Shown in pieces: positions 50,130-59,119 of a DNA stretch of 64,000 nucleotides. The stretch covers positions 16,500-80,499 of the forward strand of contig CAKUES010000003.1 of NCBI GenBank assembly GCA_934646835.1. The letters run 5' to 3'. The notes under the pieces were generated by a model that searched no databases, was not told where the DNA came from, and was given only the letters and a program-made list of their open reading frames with translations. The DNA is from an uncultured Coriobacteriales bacterium. Its GTDB lineage: Bacteria > Actinomycetota > Coriobacteriia > Coriobacteriales > QAMH01. A program made the position numbers and the translations under genes. Numbering within the stretch: the first letter of the stretch is position 1; the number at the start of each line of letters is the position of its first letter.

Positions 50130-50735
50130 TTGGTTTGTTTTGGAGGTCTTGTGGAAGGCGCGCTTTTGCTCGGTGTGCAATCGGTTCGCATCGATGGTTT
50201 GACGCAGGTCATGGCCCTGCTCTCCTCGCTGGGAAACTCCGCACTCATCTGGATCCTCATCGCGCTCGTGCTGCTCGTGTTCGAGGAGCGCCGTGAGACC
50301 GGCATCATCATGGTCGTCACGCTCGTCATCACCTGGATCTTGTGCGCTGTCTTCAGCAACATCGTCGCCCGACCCTGTCCGTCGGACTCTGTGACGGGCC
50401 TCGTCGCTGTCTTGGGTGTGAGCCATGCAGGCTACTGCTTTCCGTCCTTCCATGCCGCTACCAGCGCTGCAGCGGTCATGGTGCTTCTGCGCTCGCGTGC
50501 GCGCGGACTGGGGTCTGTCTGCCTCGTGTTGGCTGTGTTCATCTGCATCTCGCGCGTATACCTTGGCGTTAACTTCGTGACCGACATCGTCGTCGGTGCC
50601 GTCCTGGGCATCGCGGTTGCCGTAATCTGCCATACCGTCTTCTCGCGTGTCTTCGGGTTGGTTAACATCAACGCGCAGCCCAAGCGTCCGGCGCGCAAGC
50701 AGGTCAACTCCAAGCGCGGTCGCCACTCGCTCTAG
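50130..50735 (+). CDS. PAP2-family membrane protein with non-canonical motif 3 (His->Asn)
   Basis: Motifs ARP, PSFH, SRVYLGVNFVTD. The start is uncertain (TTG 50130, or GTG 50151 after GGAGG). Confidence 0.75.
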   Translation: MVCFGGLVEGALLLGVQSVRIDGLTQVMALLSSLGNSALIWILIALVLLVFEERRETGIIMVVTLVITWILCAVFSNIVARPCPSDSVTGLVAVLGVSHAGYCFPSFHAATSAAAVMVLLRSRARGLGSVCLVLAVFICISRVYLGVNFVTDIVVGAVLGIAVAVICHTVFSRVFGLVNINAQPKRPARKQVNSKRGRHSL

Positions 50736-50753
50736 CGTGCGCCGACTTGCTGA

Positions 50754-50852
50754 CCGTCCCAAAAAGGACCTGGTCTTTTGTGGGACAGGGGCAGGTCGCG
50801 GGTCTTTGCGCATCTCCACGTCCCATAAAAGACCAGGTCCTTTTTGGGACGG
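50754..50852. repeat. family-3 nested palindrome
   Basis: CCGTCCCAAAAAGGACCTGGTCTTTTGTGGGACAGGG-loop-CGTCCCATAAAAGACCAGGTCCTTTTTGGGACGG; begins 18 nt after the PAP2 stop. Confidence 0.9.
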
Positions 50853-50954
50853 CATGGCCTCGCAGCGGATAGCAGACAGTAGATGCCGTTGCGAGGATTT
50901 TTGCGTCACACCCTGTTGTTACTGTGAATCTCCATCCGTTAAAGGAGCTCTCTT

Positions 50955-53294
50955 ATGATCGATCTTTCCACGCTCAACCCTGGGCAATACGACACCGTTG
51001 CGACGACGGAGGGCCCGCTGCTCGTCCTCGCTGGCGCCGGCAGTGGAAAGACCCGCGTCCTCACCTACAGGATCGCTCACCTGGTCGAGGACTTGGGCGT
51101 CATGCCTTGGGAGATTTTGGCTGTCACCTTTACCAACAAGGCCGCCAAGGAGATGCGCGACCGTCTCTCGAAGCTTTTGCCCATGGGGATCAAGGGCATG
51201 TGGATCAACACCTTCCACAGCATGTGCGTGCGTATCCTGCGCTCGGATGGCGAGCGCCTGGGCTACACCAAGGACTTCACTATCTACGATGCAGACGATA
51301 CCAAGCGCCTGGTCAAAGACATCATGTCGGAGCACGGCTTCGACACCAAGCGCTACCCGGAAAACGCCGTCCGCAGCCGTATCAGCGCAGCTAAAAACGA
51401 TCTCAAGCTCCCCGGCGACATGCCTCAAAACGAGCCCTTCGCCAAGGTCGTCGCAACGGTTTACAAGGCCATGCAGACCAGGCTCAAGCGTGCCAATGCC
51501 ATGGATTTCGACGATTTGCTCCTCAACACCTACCTGCTCTTCAGGGACAACCCGGACCTTGTCAACTCCTACGGCATGCGCTTTCGCTACATCCTCGTAG
51601 ACGAGTACCAAGACACCAACGGCGCGCAGTACGCCATCACCAAGATGCTCGCCAAGGTGCAGGGTAACCTCATGGTCGTTGGCGACGACGACCAGAGCAT
51701 CTACAGCTGGCGTGGCGCGGATATCCGCAACATCCTCGATTTCGAGCGCGACTGGCCCCAGGCAAAGACCGTCAAGCTCGAGCAGAACTACCGCTCCTCT
51801 GGCAACATCCTCGAGGCTGCCAACGCCGTTATCGCCAACAACACCTCCCGCAAGGCAAAACGCCTGTTCACGGATAGCCCCGCTGGCGAGAAGATCCGCC
51901 TCTACCTTGCGGCTGACGAGCGCGACGAGGGCCGCTGGATCGCATCGGAGATCGAGAAGCTCCATGACAAGGGTACGAGCTACAACGACATGGCCCTCTT
52001 CTACAGGACCAACGCGCAGTCCCGTACGCTCGAGGATATGTTCCTGAGGGCCGGTGTGCCTTACCAGATCGTCGGTGGTACGAGGTTCTTCGATCGCGCG
52101 GAGATCCGCGACTGCATGGCTTACCTCAAGCTCGTCGTCAACCCTGCGGATGATATCTCAGCCCTGCGCGTGATCAACACCCCAAGGCGCGGCATCGGCA
52201 AGACGACGGTTGAGCGCATTCAGTACGCGGCCAACATCCGCGGCATCTCCTTCATGGACGCAGCGCGCGAGGAGTCCCTCGACCCCGCATGCAGGGCCAA
52301 CACCCGCAAGGCGCTCGAGAGCTTTATCGGTATCATCGATGAGTGCCGCCGCTACAGCGGCGAGCTCGATAAGGTCGTCGACATGATCATCGAGAGCACG
52401 GGTCTCATCGGGGCACTGCAGGCACAGCGCTCGGAGGAGGCAGATGCCCGCATCGAGAACATTCGAGAGTTCGTGAGCGTCGTCCAGGAGTATGCGGAGT
52501 CTCACCCGGAGATCGTGGAGGAGGACCTCGGCGACAACCCGGAGCAGGCGCTGCTCTCCGGCGTCCAGGTCACCACGCGCAAGCCCACCCTCGCGGACTT
52601 CATGGAGTGGCTCTCCCTGCGCAGCGACCTCGACTCCGTCCAGGACAACGACGAGATGGTCACCCTCATGACCATCCACAGCGCCAAGGGCCTCGAGTTC
52701 GATGTCGTCTTCGTCGCCGGCATGGAGGAGAGTATCTTCCCCCACAGCAACTCCGTCCAGGAGCGCGGGGTGGAGGAGGAGCGCCGTCTGGCCTATGTCG
52801 CTATCACACGTGCGCGCAAAAAGCTCTACCTCACGCATGCTCAAACGCGCCGTCTCTTTGGCCAGCCTCAGGCCAATCCGCGCAGCCGCTTTATCAACGA
52901 GATGCCCAAGGAGCTGCTGGAAAGCGATGGCATCGGGTCGCGCGGTATCACCGGCACTGGCTGGGAGAAGCGCGGGGACCGTCACAGCACCTATGGCAGC
53001 GGTCGCGGCGAGGATATGTACGGTGGCCGCGTCTACGGCAAGGGCACCAGGATAGAGGGGTCTTCTTCCTCTTCCAAGCCGAGCAACGGCGTCACCTCGC
53101 GCTTTGCCAAACCCGCCGCGAGTACCGTCGCGGGCAACGAGGAATTCTCCGTGGGCGACACCGTCGACCATAAGACCTTCGGCATAGGCCAGGTGGTTGC
53201 CATCGAGGGCGACAAGCTCTCGATCTACTTCGCCAAGTCCGGCCAGATCAAGAAGCTGCTCAAAGGCTACGCACCGATCGTCAAGGTCAACTAG
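50955..53294 (+). CDS. pcrA: ATP-dependent DNA helicase PcrA/UvrD
   Basis: 779 aa. GAGSGKT, VDEYQDTN, and the SF1 motifs throughout. Confidence 0.92.
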   Translation: MIDLSTLNPGQYDTVATTEGPLLVLAGAGSGKTRVLTYRIAHLVEDLGVMPWEILAVTFTNKAAKEMRDRLSKLLPMGIKGMWINTFHSMCVRILRSDGERLGYTKDFTIYDADDTKRLVKDIMSEHGFDTKRYPENAVRSRISAAKNDLKLPGDMPQNEPFAKVVATVYKAMQTRLKRANAMDFDDLLLNTYLLFRDNPDLVNSYGMRFRYILVDEYQDTNGAQYAITKMLAKVQGNLMVVGDDDQSIYSWRGADIRNILDFERDWPQAKTVKLEQNYRSSGNILEAANAVIANNTSRKAKRLFTDSPAGEKIRLYLAADERDEGRWIASEIEKLHDKGTSYNDMALFYRTNAQSRTLEDMFLRAGVPYQIVGGTRFFDRAEIRDCMAYLKLVVNPADDISALRVINTPRRGIGKTTVERIQYAANIRGISFMDAAREESLDPACRANTRKALESFIGIIDECRRYSGELDKVVDMIIESTGLIGALQAQRSEEADARIENIREFVSVVQEYAESHPEIVEEDLGDNPEQALLSGVQVTTRKPTLADFMEWLSLRSDLDSVQDNDEMVTLMTIHSAKGLEFDVVFVAGMEESIFPHSNSVQERGVEEERRLAYVAITRARKKLYLTHAQTRRLFGQPQANPRSRFINEMPKELLESDGIGSRGITGTGWEKRGDRHSTYGSGRGEDMYGGRVYGKGTRIEGSSSSSKPSNGVTSRFAKPAASTVAGNEEFSVGDTVDHKTFGIGQVVAIEGDKLSIYFAKSGQIKKLLKGYAPIVKVN

Positions 53295-53376
53295 GGGAGA
53301 AGTTCGATCGCGAAGGGGAAGAGGCTTTGGCGAAGCGTCGGCCATGCAGGAGAGACTCAGTCGATGCGGCTGTTAT

Positions 53377-53490
53377 CTGGAGAAGCGTTGATTAACGCGA
53401 GGTTTATGGGGAGGGACAGGGTCCCTCCCCTACACAGCCATCGGTACCTACGTAAGGAGGGACCCTGTCCCTCCTCATAAACCTCGCGGT
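53377..53490. repeat. family-2 variant: two cores head-to-head forming one long palindrome
   Basis: CGCGAGGTTTATGGGGAGGGACAGGGTCCCTCCCCTAC...GTAAGGAGGGACCCTGTCCCTCCTCATAAACCTCGCG. Confidence 0.85.
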
Positions 53491-53644
53491 GTCCGGTGGC
53501 TTTCCGTCCTGGACAAATCCGCCCCTGTGTTACCAGAGACGGATAGCTCCCGACCGCGCGCGTATTGGTTGACAGTGCGTAAAAAAGAATCTCCCAGTGC
53601 TTGGGTATAATTCCGTCGTTTGTTAATTTCCAGGAGGAGTGAAT

Positions 53645-54574
53645 ATGTCTCAGATCTACGTTGTGGGTCACAAGAACCCTGACAACGACTCCATCATGGC
53701 TGCCTACACCTGGGCAAACCTCAAGAACATGATGGATCCTGACAATGAATACATCCCCGTCCGCCTCGGCCCCCTGCCTGCAGAGGCAGAGATGATCTTC
53801 GCCGAGTATGGTATCGAGGACGCGCCCGCCCTGATCGACCACGTCGAGGAGGGCGACAAGGTCTACCTCGTCGACCACAACGAGCTCGGCCAGGCTGTCG
53901 ACGGCATCGAGAAGGCCGAGGTCGTCGGCGTTGTCGACCACCATCGCATCGCAGACCTGCAGACCGCGGGCCCCATCGAGTTCCTCAACATGCCCGTTGG
54001 CTCCACCACCTCCGTCATCACGATGCTCTATGGCATCTGCGGCATCGACATCCAGGACGACATCGCAGCCTGCCTGCTCTCCGCCCTGCTGACCGACACT
54101 GTCATCATGAAGTCCCCTACCTGCACCTTCGTCGACGAGGAGCGCATCGACATGCTCTCCAAGCAGCTCGGCGTTGATGCGACTGAGTTTGGCATGAAGA
54201 TCTTCAAGTCCCGCGGCGGCGACGACGACGTCACCGTCGAGGAGATCTGCAGCCGCGACTCCAAGGAGTTCAACTTTGCCGGTCGCAAGGTCTGGGTTGC
54301 CCAGTACGAGACCGTCGATTTGGAGGGTATGCGCAAGCGCATCCCGGAGATCAGCGCTCAGGTCGCGAAGATCCAGGAGGAGGGCGGCTATGACGCAGCC
54401 CTGATGCTTCTGACCGACATCATCGTCGAGGGCTCCGAGTTCATCGCCGCTGGCGACGTCTCCTTCATCGAGGGCGGCTTCAGCATCAGCTTCGCTGATG
54501 GCTCCGTCTGGATGCCGGGCGTGCTCTCCCGCAAAAAGCAAGTTGCTGCCGTTCTCGCCGACTACGCCGGCTAG
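53645..54574 (+). CDS. ppaC: manganese-dependent (family II) inorganic pyrophosphatase
   Basis: ATG 53645 lies 6 nt after AGGAGGA. GHKNPDNDS, DHN, VVDHHR (DHH), and a DHHA2 C-terminal half. Confidence 0.92.
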   Translation: MSQIYVVGHKNPDNDSIMAAYTWANLKNMMDPDNEYIPVRLGPLPAEAEMIFAEYGIEDAPALIDHVEEGDKVYLVDHNELGQAVDGIEKAEVVGVVDHHRIADLQTAGPIEFLNMPVGSTTSVITMLYGICGIDIQDDIAACLLSALLTDTVIMKSPTCTFVDEERIDMLSKQLGVDATEFGMKIFKSRGGDDDVTVEEICSRDSKEFNFAGRKVWVAQYETVDLEGMRKRIPEISAQVAKIQEEGGYDAALMLLTDIIVEGSEFIAAGDVSFIEGGFSISFADGSVWMPGVLSRKKQVAAVLADYAG

Positions 54575-54583
54575 ATAGATTCT

Positions 54584-54618
54584 CTGTGGCCCTGCGTCAT
54601 GTTGATGCAGGGCCACAG
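54584..54618 (+). terminator. stem-loop terminator candidate (no U-tract)
   Basis: Perfect 12-bp stem CTGTGGCCCTGC / GCAGGGCCACAG, 10 nt after the ppaC stop. Confidence 0.55.
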
Positions 54619-54644
54619 CACTACACAGGGGTTTGATAACAAAC

Positions 54645-56282
54645 ATGGGTTTTTCTTCGAGTAACAATCTCATCTACACGCAGGCCGAACGCGACGCCAA
54701 GCGCCGCAGCTTCATCGACAGGGTCACCTCCGTCGAGACGCTCGGCTCCATCATGATGGTCACCGCTGCGGTCATCGCCATCATCCTGGCCAACACCGGT
54801 GCCTTCGAGCATTACGAGGACTTCCTCAACTTCCAGCTCGGTCTCACGGTCAACGGTTTTGGCCTCAACAACGTCTTCATCGGCTTCACCATCGAGGAAT
54901 GGGTCAACGACGTTTTGATGACCCTGTTCTTCCTCTGCGTCGGCCTCGAGCTCAAGTACGAGTTCTTTGTCGGCGAGCTCAAGGACATCAAGGCCGCGCT
55001 GCTTCCCATCATCGCTGCATGTGGCGGCGTCATGGTGCCTATCATCATCTTCTTGCTGTTCAACTTTGGCAGCGAGCATGCAAAGGGCTTCGGTATCCCG
55101 ATGGCCACCGATATCGGCTTCGCCATCGGCGTCCTCACCTTGGTTGGCAAGGGTATTCCTAAGGGTCTGAGCGTCTTCTTGAAGACCCTCGCCATCGCTG
55201 ATGACATCATGGCGATCCTCGTCATCGCCATCTTCTACGGCCAGTCCCCCGACCCCTTCTGGCTGATCATGTCCGGCTTGGTCGTCTGCGTGCTCATGGC
55301 CTTCAACAAGATGGGCGTCTACTCCGTCAAGCCCTACGTGTTCCTCGGTATCCTGCTGTGGTTCTGCGTGTTCTTCTCCGGCGTCGAGTGCACTATCGCC
55401 GGCGTCATCCTCGCCTTCACCATTCCGACCAAGGCCGAGGTCAATCCTCGCGTCTTTGGCAAGTGGACCATCGCCAAGGTTCTCGAGGCGCGCGACCGCT
55501 ACATCCCCGGCGAGCCCATGCTCGCCCAGAAGGAGTACTCCGACCGCGTCTACGTCATCCACGAGATCTCCCGCCGCGTCGAGCCCACGCTCTCCCGTAT
55601 GGACCGCAAGATCTCTCCTTGGTCCAACTACTTCATCCTGCCGGTCTTCGCTTTCTGCAACGCCGGTGTGCGCCTGGTGGGCGTCGACCCCATGGACATC
55701 GTCATCGACCCCGTCGTCCTGGGCGTCTTCTTCGGTCTCTTCATCGGCAAGCCGCTGGGTATCTTCCTGCTGAGCTTTGCCTCTGTTAAGGCCCTCAAGC
55801 TCCCTATGCCGACCAACTGCGCTTGGAAGCACATGCTCGGTGCCGGCATGCTCGGTGGTATCGGCTTCACGATGTCCATCTACGTTGCCAACCTGTCCTT
55901 CTACGGTGCAGGTAGCGACGAGGTCACGATGATGGCCAAGGCCGCCATCCTCTGCGCCTCCGTCGCCTCCGGTCTCGTCGGCGTTCTCTACCTCAAGGCA
56001 GTCATCGCCCGCGACCTCAAGCGCGGTGAGAAGCTCGACGACGTCGAGACCCTCGAGGAAGAGATCATCTCCGACGCTCAGCTGCTGAAGGAGATCTCCA
56101 AGACCGCGACCGACACCCAGATGGGCGAGGGCGAGCACCTCATCCTTACGGACTTCATGGGTCAGGTTTCCGACGATGACCTGCGCGAGGCCTTCGAGCG
56201 CGTCATCAACGAGGGCGACGTCTACATCTCGCCTGCAGAGGAGATTGAGAAGCACCGCAAAAAGCACGGGAAGCAGGGCTAG
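54645..56282 (+). CDS. nhaA: Na+/H+ antiporter NhaA with ~100-aa acidic C-terminal extension
   Basis: WVNDVLMTLFFLCVGLELK and the ATDIGFA block. Start ATG 54645 is preferred over TTG 54633. Confidence 0.88.
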   Translation: MGFSSSNNLIYTQAERDAKRRSFIDRVTSVETLGSIMMVTAAVIAIILANTGAFEHYEDFLNFQLGLTVNGFGLNNVFIGFTIEEWVNDVLMTLFFLCVGLELKYEFFVGELKDIKAALLPIIAACGGVMVPIIIFLLFNFGSEHAKGFGIPMATDIGFAIGVLTLVGKGIPKGLSVFLKTLAIADDIMAILVIAIFYGQSPDPFWLIMSGLVVCVLMAFNKMGVYSVKPYVFLGILLWFCVFFSGVECTIAGVILAFTIPTKAEVNPRVFGKWTIAKVLEARDRYIPGEPMLAQKEYSDRVYVIHEISRRVEPTLSRMDRKISPWSNYFILPVFAFCNAGVRLVGVDPMDIVIDPVVLGVFFGLFIGKPLGIFLLSFASVKALKLPMPTNCAWKHMLGAGMLGGIGFTMSIYVANLSFYGAGSDEVTMMAKAAILCASVASGLVGVLYLKAVIARDLKRGEKLDDVETLEEEIISDAQLLKEISKTATDTQMGEGEHLILTDFMGQVSDDDLREAFERVINEGDVYISPAEEIEKHRKKHGKQG

Positions 56283-56289
56283 GTTTTAG

Positions 56290-57093
56290 ATGAACGAACT
56301 CGAGTCTTCAGTTGAATCCTCCAGTGCGTTTCTCAGTGGCGGTTACCTTAACGTGATCGCCACTGCGGCGGTTATCATCGTCGTCACCTTCGTCGTCTCC
56401 GAGCTCGCAGTCAGGGCAATGAGGAAGGCCTATCACGTTGCCGCCGATACAGAGAAGGCCGCTTCGATCCTGATCCTCGGCATCCGTATTGTCGTCTGGG
56501 CTATCGGTGCCTACATGCTCTGCAAGAACTGCTTCAACATCGACCTCTCCGTTGTCGTGGGTGCTCTTGGCGTTGGTGGTTTGGCTTTGTCCTTGGGCTT
56601 GCAGGACACGATCAAGAACATCCTCGGCGGCGCTCAGATCACCTTCAACAAGGAGTTTGGCATCGGCGACTGGATCAAGCTCGGTGGTATCGAGGGCACG
56701 GTCAAGGATGTCAACCTCCGCTATACCACTATCGAGGACGACATTGGGCAAACGCACTTGGTGCCAAACGCTGTAATCAACTCCTCCACGGTCACGCGCA
56801 TGCCGGAGTTCTTCCGTGTCCCGCTTGCCCTGACCCTCGCCCGCAACATCGACCTAGAGGCGGTCGAGGCCGCCGTTTGCGCTATTGCGGACAAGGCACT
56901 CGATGCCAAGGGCATGCGTTTCGAGGACAAGCATTCCGTGCTTGTCGAGGCGGGTGTCGGTGCATCCGGCGTGGAGGCGACGCTTGTTGTCTTCGCGACT
57001 TGGGATTTCTCCGGAGCGCAGGTCAAGTCGACCGTGCTCTCTCCGGTCATCGCCTACCTGCAGGAGAACAACTACATAGGACGCCTGGAGTAA
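56290..57093 (+). CDS. MscS-family mechanosensitive channel
   Basis: 267 aa. Pore helix GALGVGGLALSLGLQDTIKNILGG plus the beta-domain GDWIKLGGIEGTVKDVNLRYT. Confidence 0.88.
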   Translation: MNELESSVESSSAFLSGGYLNVIATAAVIIVVTFVVSELAVRAMRKAYHVAADTEKAASILILGIRIVVWAIGAYMLCKNCFNIDLSVVVGALGVGGLALSLGLQDTIKNILGGAQITFNKEFGIGDWIKLGGIEGTVKDVNLRYTTIEDDIGQTHLVPNAVINSSTVTRMPEFFRVPLALTLARNIDLEAVEAAVCAIADKALDAKGMRFEDKHSVLVEAGVGASGVEATLVVFATWDFSGAQVKSTVLSPVIAYLQENNYIGRLE

Positions 57094-57113
57094 GGCTCTA
57101 AGCTCTTAGCGGG

Positions 57114-57153
57114 GGGATCGGCTTCATCGCCGGTCCCTTGCTTGTTGTTTTTG
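57114..57153 (+). terminator. rho-independent terminator after the mscS-like gene
   Basis: GGGATCGGC / GCCGGTCCC stem (one G-U pair) followed by TTGCTTGTTGTTTTT. Confidence 0.7.
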
Positions 57154-57273
57154 AGGGTTTCGGGGTTCGACACCGACTCCGAGCTCTTGCTGTGCCTTTG
57201 CCCGTAGCAGGTGTACCAACGGTAATCATTTAACACCCGTCTAACTTTGCACGTTGGTATCTCTATTATTGTT

Positions 57274-57332
57274 AGCTCCTACTCGTATAAAATGTAATTT
57301 CGTATTTTTGTATCTTTTCGAGTAAAGGAGCT
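57274..57332 (+). promoter_or_regulatory. candidate SD-sequestering hairpin in the argS leader
   Basis: AGCTCCTACTCG (57274-85) pairs with CGAGTAAAGGAGCT (57319-32: 6 bp, AA bulge, 6 bp). The 3' arm contains the AAGGAG SD, 6 nt before GTG 57338. The loop is AT-rich. Confidence 0.35.
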
Positions 57333-57337
57333 GCCCG

Positions 57338-59095
57338 GTGCGTAACCAGGTTGAGCAGATTGTGACAAAAGCCTTGGAGGAAGCCGTCGCAGCAGGAGAG
57401 CTTCCCCTGGAGAACATCCCTGATCCGGGTCTGGAGCGCCCGCGCGACCGTTCCAACGGCGACTGGGCCACGACCGTGGCCATGCGCTGCGCCAAGCAGG
57501 CACATATGAACCCCCGTCAGATCGCAGATGTTCTCGTCGCCCATCTCGAGGATTGCGAGCTCCTCAAGTCCGTCGAGGTCGCAGGTCCTGGCTTCATCAA
57601 CCTTCGCCTGTCCGACTCCGCGCTGCAGAGCATCTTCTCCACCGTGCGCGAGCAGGGTGCTGACTACGGCCGCAACAAGATCGGCGAGGGCACCAAGATC
57701 GACGTCGAGTTTATCTCCGCAAACCCCACCGGCCCCATGCACCTCGGCCACGGCCGCTGGGCCGCGTTGGGCGACGCCATCTGCCGCGTCCTCGACTTCT
57801 CCGGCTTCGACGTCACGCGCGAGTTCTACATCAACGACGCTGGCAACCAGATGAACGTCTTCGCCGCGTCTGTTTCCAGCCGCTACCTGCAGGTCGTCAA
57901 GCTGATGGGGGAGGGCAAGACCCCCGCGGAGGCCTACGACGAGATTATCGCCAACACGGAGTTCTACCGCGACCAGCTTCCGGAGAACTGCTATGCCGGT
58001 GCCTACGTCATCGACATCGCCATCAAGATCATCGAGGAGCAGGGCACCAAGTGGGTTGACGCCACGGAGGAAGAGCGCGAGGCCGCCTTCATGGACATGG
58101 CCTACGAGGCCGTCCTCTCCCACAACAGGCAGGTCCTCGAGGACTTTGGCCTGGGCTTTGATGTCTGGTTCTCCGAGCGCACCCTGCATGCCAAGGACGA
58201 GGCCGGCGAGTCCATCATCTCCAAGACGATTGCAGAGCTCGACAAGCTCGGCTACATCTACGAGAAGGACGGCGCCACTTGGTTTAGGACCACGGACTTT
58301 GGCGATGACAAGGACCGCGTCTTGATCAAGGCGGACGGCTCCTACACCTACTTCGCCCCGGACATCGCCTACCACAAGAACAAGCTTGATCGCGGCAACG
58401 ACCGTTGCGTCGACCTGCTGGGCGCCGACCATCACGGTTACATCAAGCGCATCCAGTCTGTCGGCCACGTCTTTGGTCACCCCGGTCAGCCGGAGGTCGT
58501 CATCGGCCAGATGGTCAACCTCTTCCGCGACGGCGTCGCCGTCAGGATGTCCAAGCGCACCGGCGAGATGGTGACTTTCGAGGAGCTCATCGACGAGGTT
58601 GGCGCAGACGCGACGCGCTACTTGATGCTGTCTCGCTCCACGGACCAGACCATTGACTTCGACATCACGGAGGCTAAGAAGCAAGACTCCTCCAACCCCG
58701 TCTACTACGTGCAGTACGCCCATGCGCGCATCTGCTCCATCCTGCGCAAGGCCGCAGGTGACGACGCCATAGTTGCCGATGACGCCGCTGCCAAGCTCAT
58801 CCCCGCTGGTACCGACCTTTCCGTTCTTACCGACGAGGCGGAGCTTAACCTGGCCCGCAAGATCGACGAGTTCGGCGGTCTGGTCGAGGTCTGCGCACGC
58901 GACCTGGCTCCCTTCCGCCTGACCTACTACGCGCAGGAGCTCGCCTCTTGCTACCACCAGTTCTACAACCGCTGCCACGTTCTCACCGAGGACGAGGCGC
59001 TTACGGCGGCTCGCCTCTACGTTTGCGACGCCACCCGCCGTGTCCTTGAGATTGCACTCGGCTTGCTCGGAGTGAGCGCGCCCGAGCGCATGTAA
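57338..59095 (+). CDS. argS: arginine--tRNA ligase
   Basis: 585 aa, GTG start. HIGH-type ANPTGPMHLGHGR and an MSKR-type (KMSK variant) loop. Confidence 0.95.
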   Translation: MRNQVEQIVTKALEEAVAAGELPLENIPDPGLERPRDRSNGDWATTVAMRCAKQAHMNPRQIADVLVAHLEDCELLKSVEVAGPGFINLRLSDSALQSIFSTVREQGADYGRNKIGEGTKIDVEFISANPTGPMHLGHGRWAALGDAICRVLDFSGFDVTREFYINDAGNQMNVFAASVSSRYLQVVKLMGEGKTPAEAYDEIIANTEFYRDQLPENCYAGAYVIDIAIKIIEEQGTKWVDATEEEREAAFMDMAYEAVLSHNRQVLEDFGLGFDVWFSERTLHAKDEAGESIISKTIAELDKLGYIYEKDGATWFRTTDFGDDKDRVLIKADGSYTYFAPDIAYHKNKLDRGNDRCVDLLGADHHGYIKRIQSVGHVFGHPGQPEVVIGQMVNLFRDGVAVRMSKRTGEMVTFEELIDEVGADATRYLMLSRSTDQTIDFDITEAKKQDSSNPVYYVQYAHARICSILRKAAGDDAIVADDAAAKLIPAGTDLSVLTDEAELNLARKIDEFGGLVEVCARDLAPFRLTYYAQELASCYHQFYNRCHVLTEDEALTAARLYVCDATRRVLEIALGLLGVSAPERM

Positions 59096-59119
59096 ACCTG
59101 AGAAAGGAAGTCCTGTCCT

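Noticed and set aside
57100-57337. A T-box leader upstream of argS.
   Set aside because: There is no T-box consensus (AANNNGGGTGGTACCGCG-like) and no specifier-loop architecture or terminator/antiterminator pair. Only the simple anti-SD hairpin was retained as a finding.
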